From: a virus
Lineage: Duplodnaviria > Heunggongvirae > Uroviricota > Caudoviricetes
Virus record (IMG/VR): IMGVR_UViG_2721755646_000014
Length of the DNA: 45,219 bases
Reading direction: 5' to 3' (one strand)
Of this stretch, positions 22,500 through 31,853 are shown one piece after another. The notes below the pieces were generated by a model. The model ran no database searches. It saw only the letters and a program-made list of their open reading frames with translations, and was not told the origin of the DNA. Positions within the stretch are counted from its first letter, which is position 1; the number at the start of each line of letters is the position of its first letter. Made by a program: the position numbers and the translations under genes.

Positions 22500-24161
22500 T
22501 TATATGAAAAAAACCGCATATTCTTTCTTTTTCGGTTCCGGGTTAAGGGACATCAGGGAGACCGCATTGAACAGCGCCATCAGCGGGTCAATTTTTCCCC
22601 GTCCACTGGCCTGTTTGGTGATAAGAATGGCGTTACCTTTAGGCTCCACCCGGGCATTGCCGACACACCAGGCCATCAGGGGCTGGTCACCATGCACCAG
22701 CACCCCTTCAGCCAGTTTGCGCTCGGTGGTTTTAATGGCCCCGCCCAGTTTCCAGCCCTGGCTTATCCCCACCACAATTCCGTCGGGGATCCCGGCTTCC
22801 GCCAGTGAATCCAGAATCTGCCCCACCCCTGACGGGTCAATACCGATATGGTCCAGTAACTCAGCCTCATGAATGCGACGCACATATTCCGCCACTTCCG
22901 CCGTGTCATCCCCGACACGCCGGACAATGGTCATATCTCCACAGGCAACAAGATCCTGAAACCGGGACGCCTCGCTCTTCCGTCGGACCACCGCGGTTTC
23001 ATGCGCCCAGGCATGGCCCCAGCCCAGCCATTCGCGGGTTTCCCTGTCACGGCCAATCACGTACATTCCCAGCAGATCATCCAGGCCCCCGCCGTCAATC
23101 CCCACCGTCACCACATCAGCGCGCTGCAGGATATCGTCCAGGCTGACGCGCCTGCCCTGCTGCTCCCAGAAATCCGCACCCGCCCAGCGGTCAGAACGCA
23201 GGGCAAGACCAATTTCCACATTGGCATGTTTTGACATGAAGCCACGAAATGCTTCCTCACCAGCCTCCCGGGCTTTACGGTACTCCCGGTACAGAAAAGC
23301 CTCATCCACCGAATAACCGAGATTCGGGTTAACCATGGCGAGGTTTTCCATCAGCAGGTGAGCCCCGCTTTCCACCATTTCAGGAGGATGCTCAAAAATC
23401 ACCGGCAGAAAGTGCGGATCATGAATTTTGCCGTCACGGACATCCCGGGCGTACTGCAGTTTCTGTCTGAACACCCCGGCTGGCGGCTCATTCGACTGGG
23501 TGGTCGTATACACCACAAACCCTTCCGGGCGGGAGGCAAGGCCGCCTATGGCTTCACGTAACATGTCCTCCGCTTTGTACTGCTTGCCAAATAACCACAG
23601 TTCATCAATCAGCGTCCCCACGGACTTGATACCGGATACCGTATTCGGATCGGCAGCCACCACCTTCAGGGTGGTGTCCGTCACCCTGTGGGTGATGGTC
23701 CGGATATGTGTCTGCACCTGACAGAGGTCATCCAGATCATCGTCCCGTCGTACCATATCCCTGGCAGGGTTGAAGGCGTTAGCCGCCACCTCCACGGTCG
23801 GGGCCAGAATGGTGTAGCCCGCCGCCTGCCGCCAGTTCAGTAACAGCGCCGTCATCATGATCCCGGCAGCCAGCGTGGACTTGCTGTTTTTCTTGGGGAT
23901 AAGGATAAAAACTTCCTTGATATGGCGTACACCGGTCTGCGCATCGTAGGAGCCAAACAGGGCCGCCACCAGGTCAAACACCCACTGTGCGCAGGACTCC
24001 CCGAACGTCGGGCTGCCCGGTGCATCCACAATCCGCAGTTGTTTAAAAATCGCCAGGGCATGTGCGGCCTGCTCCGGATAAATCGGAGCCGGAATAATCG
24101 ACAGCCCCTTTTTCAGGCGCTCTGCCCAGTCCGGGCAGGCCGTGCTCCACACAGGTATCAT
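22500..24161 (-). CDS. Terminase large subunit
   Basis: 553-aa intact ORF; 4-bp overlap with the upstream small-subunit gene; identification by sequence recall and position. Confidence 0.8.
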   Translation of the reverse strand: MIPVWSTACPDWAERLKKGLSIIPAPIYPEQAAHALAIFKQLRIVDAPGSPTFGESCAQWVFDLVAALFGSYDAQTGVRHIKEVFILIPKKNSKSTLAAGIMMTALLLNWRQAAGYTILAPTVEVAANAFNPARDMVRRDDDLDDLCQVQTHIRTITHRVTDTTLKVVAADPNTVSGIKSVGTLIDELWLFGKQYKAEDMLREAIGGLASRPEGFVVYTTTQSNEPPAGVFRQKLQYARDVRDGKIHDPHFLPVIFEHPPEMVESGAHLLMENLAMVNPNLGYSVDEAFLYREYRKAREAGEEAFRGFMSKHANVEIGLALRSDRWAGADFWEQQGRRVSLDDILQRADVVTVGIDGGGLDDLLGMYVIGRDRETREWLGWGHAWAHETAVVRRKSEASRFQDLVACGDMTIVRRVGDDTAEVAEYVRRIHEAELLDHIGIDPSGVGQILDSLAEAGIPDGIVVGISQGWKLGGAIKTTERKLAEGVLVHGDQPLMAWCVGNARVEPKGNAILITKQASGRGKIDPLMALFNAVSLMSLNPEPKKKEYAVFFI

Positions 24162-24721
24162 CCGTTGCCCTCATTATCATTATTCACCACCAGGCGGGGT
24201 GGTGGTGGCACCGCAAAACGGTTAGCCGCTTTTTTCGCCGCGTCACCTTTTGCCGATTTTTTACCGGCATCCCCTTTTTTGTGGTGCGTGAACTGCGCCA
24301 GCTTATAAGCCGCATCCAGCGCCAGCCTGGGGTCGGTATTAATGTTCTCCACCAGAAGACGCCCCATCGCTTTCACCGGATCGGGAAGACCGTCCTCCAT
24401 ATACTCAATACCAGGAGATATCACCACGGGCGGTGGCATCTCCGGATTTGTTTCGTCCGGCTGTGGTATTGCAGCCGCCTCACGGCGACGGGGTTTATCC
24501 TCCTGCTCTGATTTTTTCTGCCGGTAAACAGGAACCTCATCCACCTCCACCGTCTCGCATTGTTTACGGGCTATAAACGCAAGCACCTCAGGATCTTTTG
24601 CCAGCTGCGAGCCTTTAACCCTGGCGGTCTTCGCCGAATAACCGGCGGCAATGGCTGACGCTGTTTTGTTTTTCCCGGACATGAGCGCCAGCGCAAATTT
24701 TCGTTTTTGCGTTGTCAGCAC
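24158..24721 (-). CDS. Terminase small subunit
   Basis: 187-aa ORF directly upstream of and overlapping the large subunit; basic, Lys/Ala-rich C-terminus. Confidence 0.65.
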   Translation of the reverse strand: MLTTQKRKFALALMSGKNKTASAIAAGYSAKTARVKGSQLAKDPEVLAFIARKQCETVEVDEVPVYRQKKSEQEDKPRRREAAAIPQPDETNPEMPPPVVISPGIEYMEDGLPDPVKAMGRLLVENINTDPRLALDAAYKLAQFTHHKKGDAGKKSAKGDAAKKAANRFAVPPPPRLVVNNDNEGNG

Positions 24722-25011
24722 AGCCTCCTCCCGGGTCCAGAACGCACTCAGCCGGGTATGGTTCAGCCCATTTTTCCCGGCATCTCATGCCGCAAATGTT
24801 AACTGCTGCCTGGTTAACATTTGCTGAAAAAGCCAGTTAACATTTTTTCCGCACAACAAACTGAATAATAAAGATAAAAACCGCAAAAATGCCCGGACAG
24901 CCAGTTAACATGTTAACTGCCCTGAAACGGGAATTTTTTCTCTGCGTGAGAGGGGGCGCGGTGTCCGGAGCGATCGTTTTTTTCGCCGGATGATCCCCCC
25001 CCCGGGGCGGG
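24722..25011. promoter_or_regulatory. Putative cos / packaging-initiation region with repeated GTTAAC-containing motifs
   Basis: Between the HNH and TerS genes: tgttaactg, ggttaacat, agttaacat, agttaacatgttaactg, plus a C9 run at 25000-25008. Confidence 0.35.
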
Positions 25012-25377
25012 TCACAGTCCGATGATATCGTCTGCCCTGCCATGACCTCCGGACACCTCCGGCAGCGTCGGGTCCGGCATACCACCCGCCGCTTCACGAG
25101 CAGACTTTTGTCGATGGCATTCGGTACAGAGCGTCCAGAGATTCGTCTCCTCATTACCACCACCGAACTGAAGTGCAATTCGGTGATCGAGTTCACTGTC
25201 ACAGAGGTCAACCACACGACCACAGAGACAGCACTGCCCGGCATCCCTGAGCCAGATATGACGCTTGAGGGAAACACGTGCACTGCCACTGACACGACGC
25301 TGTTCACCCTTCAGAATATTCACCCGCCGGGTGTTCAGAGTTTTGATTCTGCCCGGTAACGTACGAAGCACAGCCAT
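25012..25377 (-). CDS. HNH endonuclease (packaging-associated)
   Basis: 121 aa with CxxC…H…N…CxxCH arrangement (…GQCCLCGRVVDLCDSELDHRIALQFGGGNEETNLWTLCTECHRQK…); position next to cos/TerS. Confidence 0.8.
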   Translation of the reverse strand: MAVLRTLPGRIKTLNTRRVNILKGEQRRVSGSARVSLKRHIWLRDAGQCCLCGRVVDLCDSELDHRIALQFGGGNEETNLWTLCTECHRQKSAREAAGGMPDPTLPEVSGGHGRADDIIGL

Positions 25378-25418
25378 GTAAAATCCTCGCCATATAGCTT
25401 GTCACCAGAGGAAAGAAA

Positions 25419-25604
25419 ATGTCATCGAAAAACCGGCCCCGCAGAACAACAACCCGCAACATCCGATTTCCAAACCAGATGATTGAACAGATCAATATCG
25501 CCCTTGAACATAAAGGTTCCGGTAACTTTTCAGCGTGGGTTATTGAAGCCTGCAGAAGAAGGCTGTCAACAGAGCGTTCGGGTATGAATTACATAATTAA
25601 GTAA
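25419..25604 (+). CDS. YlcI/YnfO-like small prophage protein
   Basis: 61 aa (MSSKNRPRRTTTRNIRFPNQMIEQINIALEHKGSGNFSAWVIEACRRRL…); resemblance to DLP12 YlcI is from memory. Confidence 0.45.
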   Translation: MSSKNRPRRTTTRNIRFPNQMIEQINIALEHKGSGNFSAWVIEACRRRLSTERSGMNYIIK

Positions 25605-26015
25605 CATGGTGTTCACAGAACACACAGTTACCGGACACATCAGTTTTCCATTCGTCCCCCGGCAGTACAGGCTTCCCGTCTGACGGGATAGCCTGAAAAA
25701 ACACAGAAAATTATTTGTTATAATTAATATAACTTACTCAAAAAAAAGCGACGAGAAAATCAGCATCAACGAGCAATAAGCGCCAATACGTGATAACAAA
25801 TGGCAGCCATATTTATCTGCAGTATAAGCAATGGACAGGATAACCACACCAGAAACCGTCAGCATAAAATCCATTTGAACTTCCCCGGACAAAATCGACT
25901 CATCTAAAGATTTACAGCTCTTTTTATTATCAATATGTTAAAAGTAAAATAAACAGATGTTCAATAATACGAATACAAAAACGTGCTGAAAATCAATGAA
26001 TCCATTTCTGTGTTA

Positions 26016-26452
26016 TCAATTAATAGTGATAAACATCCGGCTTCTTCCACCATCGCACCGGACCAGCGACCATGAGGGGACAACGCCGCGCTCCGTTAAC
26101 GCGGTAAACCCCGGTGTGTATCGTTTTTGATTATCCCCGCACACTCGCGCAGAGGATTCTCCCGGTCGGGCTGCGGTCTCTGTTAATGCAGGAATACGGC
26201 GACAATACCGCGCATGAATAATAAGGTCGCTCAACACACTGGCTGTAATGCAGCGGATACCATGCGGCATTTAGCGGCATTCATCGTACACTCAACGGTT
26301 AGCTCTTCATTCGTGGCATTCACCTGAAAGGTCCTGGAGTGTAATTGCGTACATTTACCACTGAACGAACCTTCAACAAGAACACGACCACGCTGCAAAA
26401 TACGGAACGGAATTGTTCCCTGAAAAGGCTTTACGGTTACCAATAATTTCTT
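26016..26452 (-). CDS. Hypothetical ORF(s) between Rz and the ylcI-like gene; likely one gene split by a frame change
   Basis: MKKLLVTVKPFQGTIPFRILQRGRVLVEGSFSGKCTQLHSRTFQVNATNEELTVECTMNAAKC… (from 26452), continued in another frame by ORF 26016-26270. Confidence 0.25.
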
Positions 26453-26478
26453 CATGCATTCTCCGAATAACAAAAATA

Positions 26479-26946
26479 CTAGTTAATACACTGAGTGCGG
26501 ATATATTCCTGAAGCATTCTCAATGCTGCCTGGTCGCTGATGATTCCGTCTCTGATACCGAGAACGTTTCGTCCAGCAACCGGAGAGAGTTCGACGGCGG
26601 CATCATTGCCCACGCCGGAGGTGCCGGTGGCTTCACGCACGGTACCGGGGCAGGTGGCGTTGATCCGCAGGCGCTTACGACCAGCGGCAACATCAGCACG
26701 CAGAGTTTCATTTTCAGCTCTCGCATCGGCTAATTCCCTCGAGTATTTTGCATCGAGCGCAGCAACATCACGCTGGCGCACCTGCATGTCAGTAATGGTG
26801 GCATTCGCCTGTTCCAGCTCTCTGGCTTTTTTATCGCGCTGCGCTTTGTAGGTGAGCGCGTTGTCACGGTAATGGTTTGTTGCCAGCCACAGCGCACCAC
26901 AGCCAACCGCCATGACAATAATCACCACACACAGAACACGGTTCAT
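26479..26946 (-). CDS. Rz i-spanin
   Basis: 155 aa, N-terminal membrane anchor then coiled coil (…[60 protein letters not shown]…), closely lambda Rz-like. Confidence 0.8.
   Translation of the reverse strand: MNRVLCVVIIVMAVGCGALWLATNHYRDNALTYKAQRDKKARELEQANATITDMQVRQRDVAALDAKYSRELADARAENETLRADVAAGRKRLRINATCPGTVREATGTSGVGNDAAVELSPVAGRNVLGIRDGIISDQAALRMLQEYIRTQCIN
26520..26711 (-). CDS. Rz1 o-spanin lipoprotein embedded in the +1 frame of Rz
   Basis: [39 protein letters not shown]… with lipobox-like LVVSAC and a Pro-rich stretch, nested in Rz. Confidence 0.55.
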   Translation of the reverse strand: MKLCVLMLPLVVSACGSTPPAPVPCVKPPAPPAWAMMPPSNSLRLLDETFSVSETESSATRQH

Positions 26947-27099
26947 CTCTCTTTCACCCCACCAGTCCCGATAACGTCAGGACTCGCCAGGCGGTGGAAA
27001 AGAAAATGGCAACCAGCATGACTAAAAATGAAATGCCGACAAGTACACAGAGGCTCTTCACCAGCGTTATGAGTTTATCTGATATCATTAGCCACCCCA

Positions 27100-27669
27100 T
27101 CAATCCGCCTTTGTTATTTTCCCTTTGCCTGTATCAGCCAGGACAAAATCAATCAGCATATTCGCTTCATTTACCAGCGTACGGATTTTTGATACATGCG
27201 CGGCTTTAACCTGTTTCCACTCATTCAGCCCGGTAGCAAACACACTGGCAATGTTTTTATCCCGTTTCATGTCAGCACAAGCCTGGTTGAGTTCTTCCAT
27301 CACGCTCATTTTACGGGGATTAACGACAAAACCCTTCGTCCAGTACTCGTAAAGAACATCGTCGCACTCTTCCTGATACCGGATGACCTTATCGCGGATT
27401 TCGGGTTTTACTTTGTTGGGATTAATGGTTTGTAGCCAGCCGGCAAGTTTTCGAAGTGGCATGGACACCATATTGCGTTGTTTCCCATCCTCAGCAACCA
27501 TAACGATTTCCGTTATAGTTGACGCAAAACGCTGTCTTAACTTAGCCAACTGTGATTGCCAGGCCAGCCCCATCCCCGCAACGACAGGTTTCATGGGAAC
27601 GTATGGTTCGCCATTATGGTTAACTACATAAAGAGAGTTGCCGTGAAACGGCACGGCCATCATATTCAT
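27100..27669 (-). CDS. Ant-like antirepressor / Bro-N-type phage regulatory protein
   Basis: 189 aa (MNMMAVPFHGNSLYVVNHNGEPYVPMKPVVAGMGLAWQSQLAKLRQRF…) between endolysin and Rz; family call from memory. Confidence 0.45.
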   Translation of the reverse strand: MNMMAVPFHGNSLYVVNHNGEPYVPMKPVVAGMGLAWQSQLAKLRQRFASTITEIVMVAEDGKQRNMVSMPLRKLAGWLQTINPNKVKPEIRDKVIRYQEECDDVLYEYWTKGFVVNPRKMSVMEELNQACADMKRDKNIASVFATGLNEWKQVKAAHVSKIRTLVNEANMLIDFVLADTGKGKITKAD

Positions 27670-27939
27670 CGGTTATTTCCTTTTAGTGATGAACCTTGTC
27701 TCACAGGAATCCAGCCCACAGAAAGGCACCGACAGCCAAACCGGTATCCTCAAGGGTCATCCTGAAAGGTTCTGTGTTGTGAGATGCGCGTGAGATGCGC
27801 AGAAATGACAAAGGCATCATTACGGTGCCTGAGTGTTAAACAACTGCTTTGACTTTATTCACTTACATTTTGCCAATTTGCAGGATTTCGTGTTATCCGT
27901 CCATGTAAGCAAACCTCATTTTTCAGCAAAATATTCTGC

Positions 27940-28473
27940 TTATCTGTCGATTCCCCAGCACGCCAGCGCGCTCTCCTGGTCACGACGGGATACCTGACCG
28001 TAACAGTTATTTGAGCGAATACGGCAGTCCCTGCCACCGTCCTTAATCCACCAGCGAATAGCTTCGCAGGCACCTTTTCGATCTCCTGCATTAATCCGTC
28101 TGTAAAACGTCGACGGGAAACACTTACCGGGGCCAATGTTGTACGGACAGAATGACGCAATCCCCGCTTTCTGGGGTTCGGTCAGTGGCACTCTGATGTT
28201 TTTCTCCACCCATGCCAGCGCCTTATCACGCTCAATGGCGTTAACCCGGTCGCATTTTTCCTTCGACAGCTTCATGCCAGGAATAACAGGCTTACCATCC
28301 ACCCGGGTGGCTCCACGGCAGATGGTCCAGATACCCGCACCATCACGGTATGCTGTGGTGTGGTTACCTTCCTTTTCATCCAGAAACTGGTCGAGGATTT
28401 CAGGCGCAGACGCCCCTGCACCAATCAGCGCCAGAACGGCAGCCGACAGGCCGTATCTGATTTTTGCGTTCAT
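27940..28473 (-). CDS. Endolysin R, lysozyme with N-terminal signal-anchor-release (SAR) domain, phage-21 type
   Basis: 177 aa; hydrophobic N-terminus (MNAKIRYGLSAAVLALIGAGASAPEIL) followed by a lysozyme-like domain. Confidence 0.8.
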   Translation of the reverse strand: MNAKIRYGLSAAVLALIGAGASAPEILDQFLDEKEGNHTTAYRDGAGIWTICRGATRVDGKPVIPGMKLSKEKCDRVNAIERDKALAWVEKNIRVPLTEPQKAGIASFCPYNIGPGKCFPSTFYRRINAGDRKGACEAIRWWIKDGGRDCRIRSNNCYGQVSRRDQESALACWGIDR

Positions 28474-28523
28474 GGATATTTATCAGGGTTTATCGATTTC
28501 AAATCCCTGGATATGTTAAGTCT

Positions 28524-28868
28524 TCAGGCCAGCGGTGGAGTCTTCAGAGAACCCGTAATTATTCCCGGTAGTTTTCCTCTGTAGGTTATCAACACATCCT
28601 GCGCCTCTAAAATTACGGGACGCTTTTCCGGTAACGGACCATCCCCTTCACATAACCCGGCAGCAACATCCATGAAAAACTGCTTCGCCTGCTTTTTCGC
28701 CTCAGCTTCGTAAAACTCCAGCGTGGCACCTTCAGTACGGTCAAGACTAATCGCCACATCTGGCAACAACAGTGACGGATACCCACCAATTTCCAGTGCC
28801 ACAGTAACAGTAATCTTATCCGGGTAATTATTTATCCCTTTAACAACCAGTTCGTATTTTTTCTTCAT
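28524..28868 (-). CDS. YdfR-like protein (DUF1327-type) inserted between holin and endolysin
   Basis: 114-aa ORF with 4-nt spacing to the holin stop; arrangement recalls essQ-ydfR-rrrQ of the Qin prophage (from memory). Confidence 0.4.
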   Translation of the reverse strand: MKKKYELVVKGINNYPDKITVTVALEIGGYPSLLLPDVAISLDRTEGATLEFYEAEAKKQAKQFFMDVAAGLCEGDGPLPEKRPVILEAQDVLITYRGKLPGIITGSLKTPPLA

Positions 28869-28872
28869 CGCT

Positions 28873-29088
28873 TTACTCTCCCCGCGCCGCCTTACGACGG
28901 TCCTCTCTGATTTTGAAATACAGGTTAGTCAGATACGTCAGCAGGCCAAACAGCAGACTCCCCAGCACACCTATCGCCACCCACTGGGACGGAGAGACTT
29001 TGTCCAGCAGCTGCAGTAACCAGTATCCCGTCCCCACCGCTGACGTGGTGTATGACACACCCGTTGTGATTTTTTCCATCTGGTACAT
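28873..29088 (-). CDS. Holin, S21-like pinholin
   Basis: 71 aa, near-identical over much of its length to phage 21 S as I recall it (…[36 protein letters not shown]). Confidence 0.75.
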   Translation of the reverse strand: MYQMEKITTGVSYTTSAVGTGYWLLQLLDKVSPSQWVAIGVLGSLLFGLLTYLTNLYFKIREDRRKAARGE

Positions 29089-29163
29089 ACCCCGTCTCCC
29101 GCAATCCGGAAGCTCACAACAACAGGAGGGGCATCAGCTCACACCGACAGCCCCTGCGTATGG

Positions 29164-29433
29164 TTACATCATCATTTCGCCGCCAGGCTGAGGCTCACTG
29201 CTACCGTCAGGCTGAGACACAACGCCATCTGAAACAGCACTGTCACCCGCGCCGTCTTCAGGCTCAGGAGCAGCCGGTCCCCCCAGCAGCTCATCCAGAA
29301 TGGCATCCACTTCAGCATCAAGACGCGCCTCAAGATTCTGGCGGAGTTGCTGTTTCAGTGCGCTTCTGACTTCTTCAGAGCGCAGGACGTCCTTCACTGC
29401 TTCAGCAGTGACCAGAGATTTTATTTCTGACAT
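29164..29433 (-). CDS. Hypothetical acidic protein (start at MSEIKSL… inferred)
   Basis: ORF 29164-29589; internal Met at 29433 gives an ~89-aa acidic product; no family assigned. Confidence 0.3.
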   Translation of the reverse strand: MSEIKSLVTAEAVKDVLRSEEVRSALKQQLRQNLEARLDAEVDAILDELLGGPAAPEPEDGAGDSAVSDGVVSQPDGSSEPQPGGEMMM

Positions 29434-29470
29434 GGGATTTTCTCGTTGAAAGGTGTTGTTAAGAAAGTTG

Positions 29471-29653
29471 CTACGAAATGAGAGGCTCTTCGGGTTTTGT
29501 TCCGGCTGACTGGCTGGCGCTGATTTTTTCCGCCGCCGCGGCATCAATCTTTTTGCGTATATAGTTCCGGATAACCTTATACCCGCCACTTACCAGATAT
29601 AACGTGCACACCACCGTGCAGAAATACAATAAAATAAGCTGTACAAATCTCAT
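29471..29653 (-). CDS. Hypothetical small membrane protein
   Basis: 60 aa with a hydrophobic N-terminal segment (MRFVQLILLYFCTVVCTLYLVSGGY…). Confidence 0.3.
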   Translation of the reverse strand: MRFVQLILLYFCTVVCTLYLVSGGYKVIRNYIRKKIDAAAAEKISASQSAGTKPEEPLIS

Positions 29654-29800
29654 TATCCCTCCCGGTTATTGATATGGTGTTGACATCGTTAATACCTGTT
29701 GGTTAAAAAAGTGTCCTGCATGTTTTGCTTTGGATATAACGACATTTGCCGCCGGTTCTGGCTCCTTGTTTTCCCTGCCCCGGCGGCCTTTTTTTCCTGC

Positions 29801-31738
29801 TTACGGGTTATTCACTTCCACTGTTATACTTTCAATCAGCACCGGATATGTCGCACCGCTAGTGATATCGGTCACGCGCAATTTGTCTGCCGTAAACGTG
29901 CCGACCGGTGACTGTGACAGCATGAACGGCGTCCCGTCCTTACCATCAATGACCGGCGTCACCTCAATACTGTTGTTACCGGCAAAACGGAAGCCCAGCG
30001 TATGCCATTCGTTATCAAATGCGCCGAATGACCCCAGCTTCGTGTTCTGACCAGCATTTCCCTTGTGGTACATCACATTAAGGTCTGTGGCATCGCTCTG
30101 TACGTAAAACGACGCCAGCAGGTTATGACCGGCATTACCTTCCAGTGTGACGCCCTGAGGCAGTGAAGAAACCGGCCAGTACAGCGCCAGTGCGTACTGA
30201 TTAGCTGTCAGTGTGCCATCAACTTTAAAACGACAACTGATAAGCCCGCCCTTCTCCAGCAGGTCTGCGCCATTACCGGCATCATGCTGCATAAACCACG
30301 AGGAACTTCCTGTCTGTTTGGTCCACCTCAGCGCCTTACCTCCTGCAGCACCTGCATCATCAACTACCAATGCACGCCCTCCTTCAGCTCCCCATCCCTG
30401 CGGATTCAGTAAACCACCTGACTCTGTTGCACGGTAATAAAGCAGCGTTGTCACTGATTTCCCGTCCGTTGACGGTGTTGATGGTGTGTCCGGTGACGGC
30501 TTCTCATCCGGCGGCATCACAACCTGTTCCCCACCCACCAGTTCAGCCGTCCGTCCTGCATGGAGAAGAATCGCTGAGGCAAGACGGTCAGAAATAATCC
30601 CCCTGCGTGCCCATGAGCTGAAATGGCTCGCACGGTCTGCTGACGTCCAGTTTGCCGACGTCCGGGAGGCCGCACCGTAATATCCTGATGCCGGAATATC
30701 CGGGTCTTCTTCCGGTTTGTTCGTCGGGACATTTGCTCCGTTCTCATCGGTCATGAACGGCACAAAGTGAATATTCTTTTCCGTTTTGTTTTTGTAACTG
30801 CCGTACACCGTCTGGTAAGTGGATTCGCTCTTCTGCTTCCAGAAATAAGTTGTGTCTCCACATATCCAGGGAACACCGTCAGCAGAACCACCAGCGCACT
30901 GTCCCACCATATCTGCAAGGTCCGTACGATATTGTTCCACTACTTCTGTAAAACGGGCTGTGTGATTTGCTGGCGTTCCGTCAAAGTCAAATTCCCCCTG
31001 CATCCACACCACGGCAAGCAGCACATTTTTCGGGTTCTTTGCCAGCGCGGCTTTTGTACGACCGATGAGATCCTTATACAGCGGCCTGCCCACACCCCAG
31101 CGGGTAGAACTCTCTGAGGCACCGGTCACGTCACTGTATGTTCCATCTGCCCCGGTGGTGAAAGCTGAACCACCACGGCAGCACGGAACCAGAAGAATAC
31201 CCGCATTCGCCGGTATAAACGGCAGCAGCTTTTTGGCAATATGCAGCCCCTGCCCCACGGTTCCGTACTGACCTTTCGACAGGTCAGCTTTCGGATGGTT
31301 AAGACGGCTCATGTCCTGTACATCATGCAGACAGTGGTCTGCCGGAATAATGTCGTTATATTTACAGGGAGCGCCATCCGGCGTCACTGTGCTGCGACGA
31401 GCCAGTTGCTTTATACGCGGGTCAGGACGGTCATATGTCTGCGGCAGAGGAAGCCCCTCACCGTAAGCCATGCCGTTCGACTGCCCGGCCAGTGGAATAA
31501 CGTAGTAATAATCTGGCTCCGTGGTGACCACTCCCGGATAGCCACCATCCCCCGTGCCGGGCACAACCACTGGCGTGGTCACATCCCCCTCCGCGGCAAT
31601 CGCCTGCATCAGGGTATAAGGGGTTATGGCCACAGGACTACCAAACGGCTGCCAGCCCTCTTTCAGTTTGTGTGTCAGCTTTTCCGCAAGATCTGACGGC
31701 GACGCCGCCCTGACAACATCATAATGTTTAATCGACAT
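29801..31738 (-). CDS. nanS: NanS-p-type prophage sialate 9-O-acetylesterase (DUF1737 N-terminal domain + esterase domain)
   Basis: 645-aa ORF with GGAG-type RBS; N-terminus MSIKHYDVVRAASPSDLAEKLTHKLKEGWQPFGSPVAI…; occupies the position downstream of Q where Stx phages carry their YjhS/NanS homologue (recalled). Confidence 0.7.
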   Translation of the reverse strand: MSIKHYDVVRAASPSDLAEKLTHKLKEGWQPFGSPVAITPYTLMQAIAAEGDVTTPVVVPGTGDGGYPGVVTTEPDYYYVIPLAGQSNGMAYGEGLPLPQTYDRPDPRIKQLARRSTVTPDGAPCKYNDIIPADHCLHDVQDMSRLNHPKADLSKGQYGTVGQGLHIAKKLLPFIPANAGILLVPCCRGGSAFTTGADGTYSDVTGASESSTRWGVGRPLYKDLIGRTKAALAKNPKNVLLAVVWMQGEFDFDGTPANHTARFTEVVEQYRTDLADMVGQCAGGSADGVPWICGDTTYFWKQKSESTYQTVYGSYKNKTEKNIHFVPFMTDENGANVPTNKPEEDPDIPASGYYGAASRTSANWTSADRASHFSSWARRGIISDRLASAILLHAGRTAELVGGEQVVMPPDEKPSPDTPSTPSTDGKSVTTLLYYRATESGGLLNPQGWGAEGGRALVVDDAGAAGGKALRWTKQTGSSSWFMQHDAGNGADLLEKGGLISCRFKVDGTLTANQYALALYWPVSSLPQGVTLEGNAGHNLLASFYVQSDATDLNVMYHKGNAGQNTKLGSFGAFDNEWHTLGFRFAGNNSIEVTPVIDGKDGTPFMLSQSPVGTFTADKLRVTDITSGATYPVLIESITVEVNNP

Positions 31739-31822
31739 CGAATTTCTCCCGTGTACAGGAACAGAGTTAAAAAGCCGGAACCGGAATCAAATCACAGGAT
31801 GACCATCTGCCAGTGGCTGGTC

Positions 31823-31853
31823 GTAAAAAAAAGGCCGCGCCATGCGCAGCCGG
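31823..31853 (-). terminator. Putative rho-independent terminator upstream of nanS-p
   Basis: Minus strand ccggctgcgcatggcgcggcc followed by T8. Confidence 0.45.

Larger units (their letters stand above)
16266..23338. repeat. Tandem duplication, right copy B (~7.07 kb) of the head-morphogenesis module, with long intact ORFs
   Basis: Same gene series as copy A but with intact 553-, 645- and 779-aa ORFs; junction at ~16265 where the first 24 codons of the ORF at 9199-9369 are fused in frame to internal terminase-large sequence. Confidence 0.85.

Noticed and set aside
24837-25307. 156-aa ORF overlapping the HNH endonuclease gene and cos region
   Set aside because: Overlaps a confidently identified HNH gene in another frame and runs through the repeat-rich cos region; likely spurious.
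25740-25870. 43-aa hydrophobic minus-strand ORF (MLTVSGVVILSIAYTADKYGCHLLSRIGAYCSLMLIFSSLFFE) in the AT-rich spacer after the ylcI-like gene
   Set aside because: No convincing RBS, and AT-rich sequence generates such ORFs readily.
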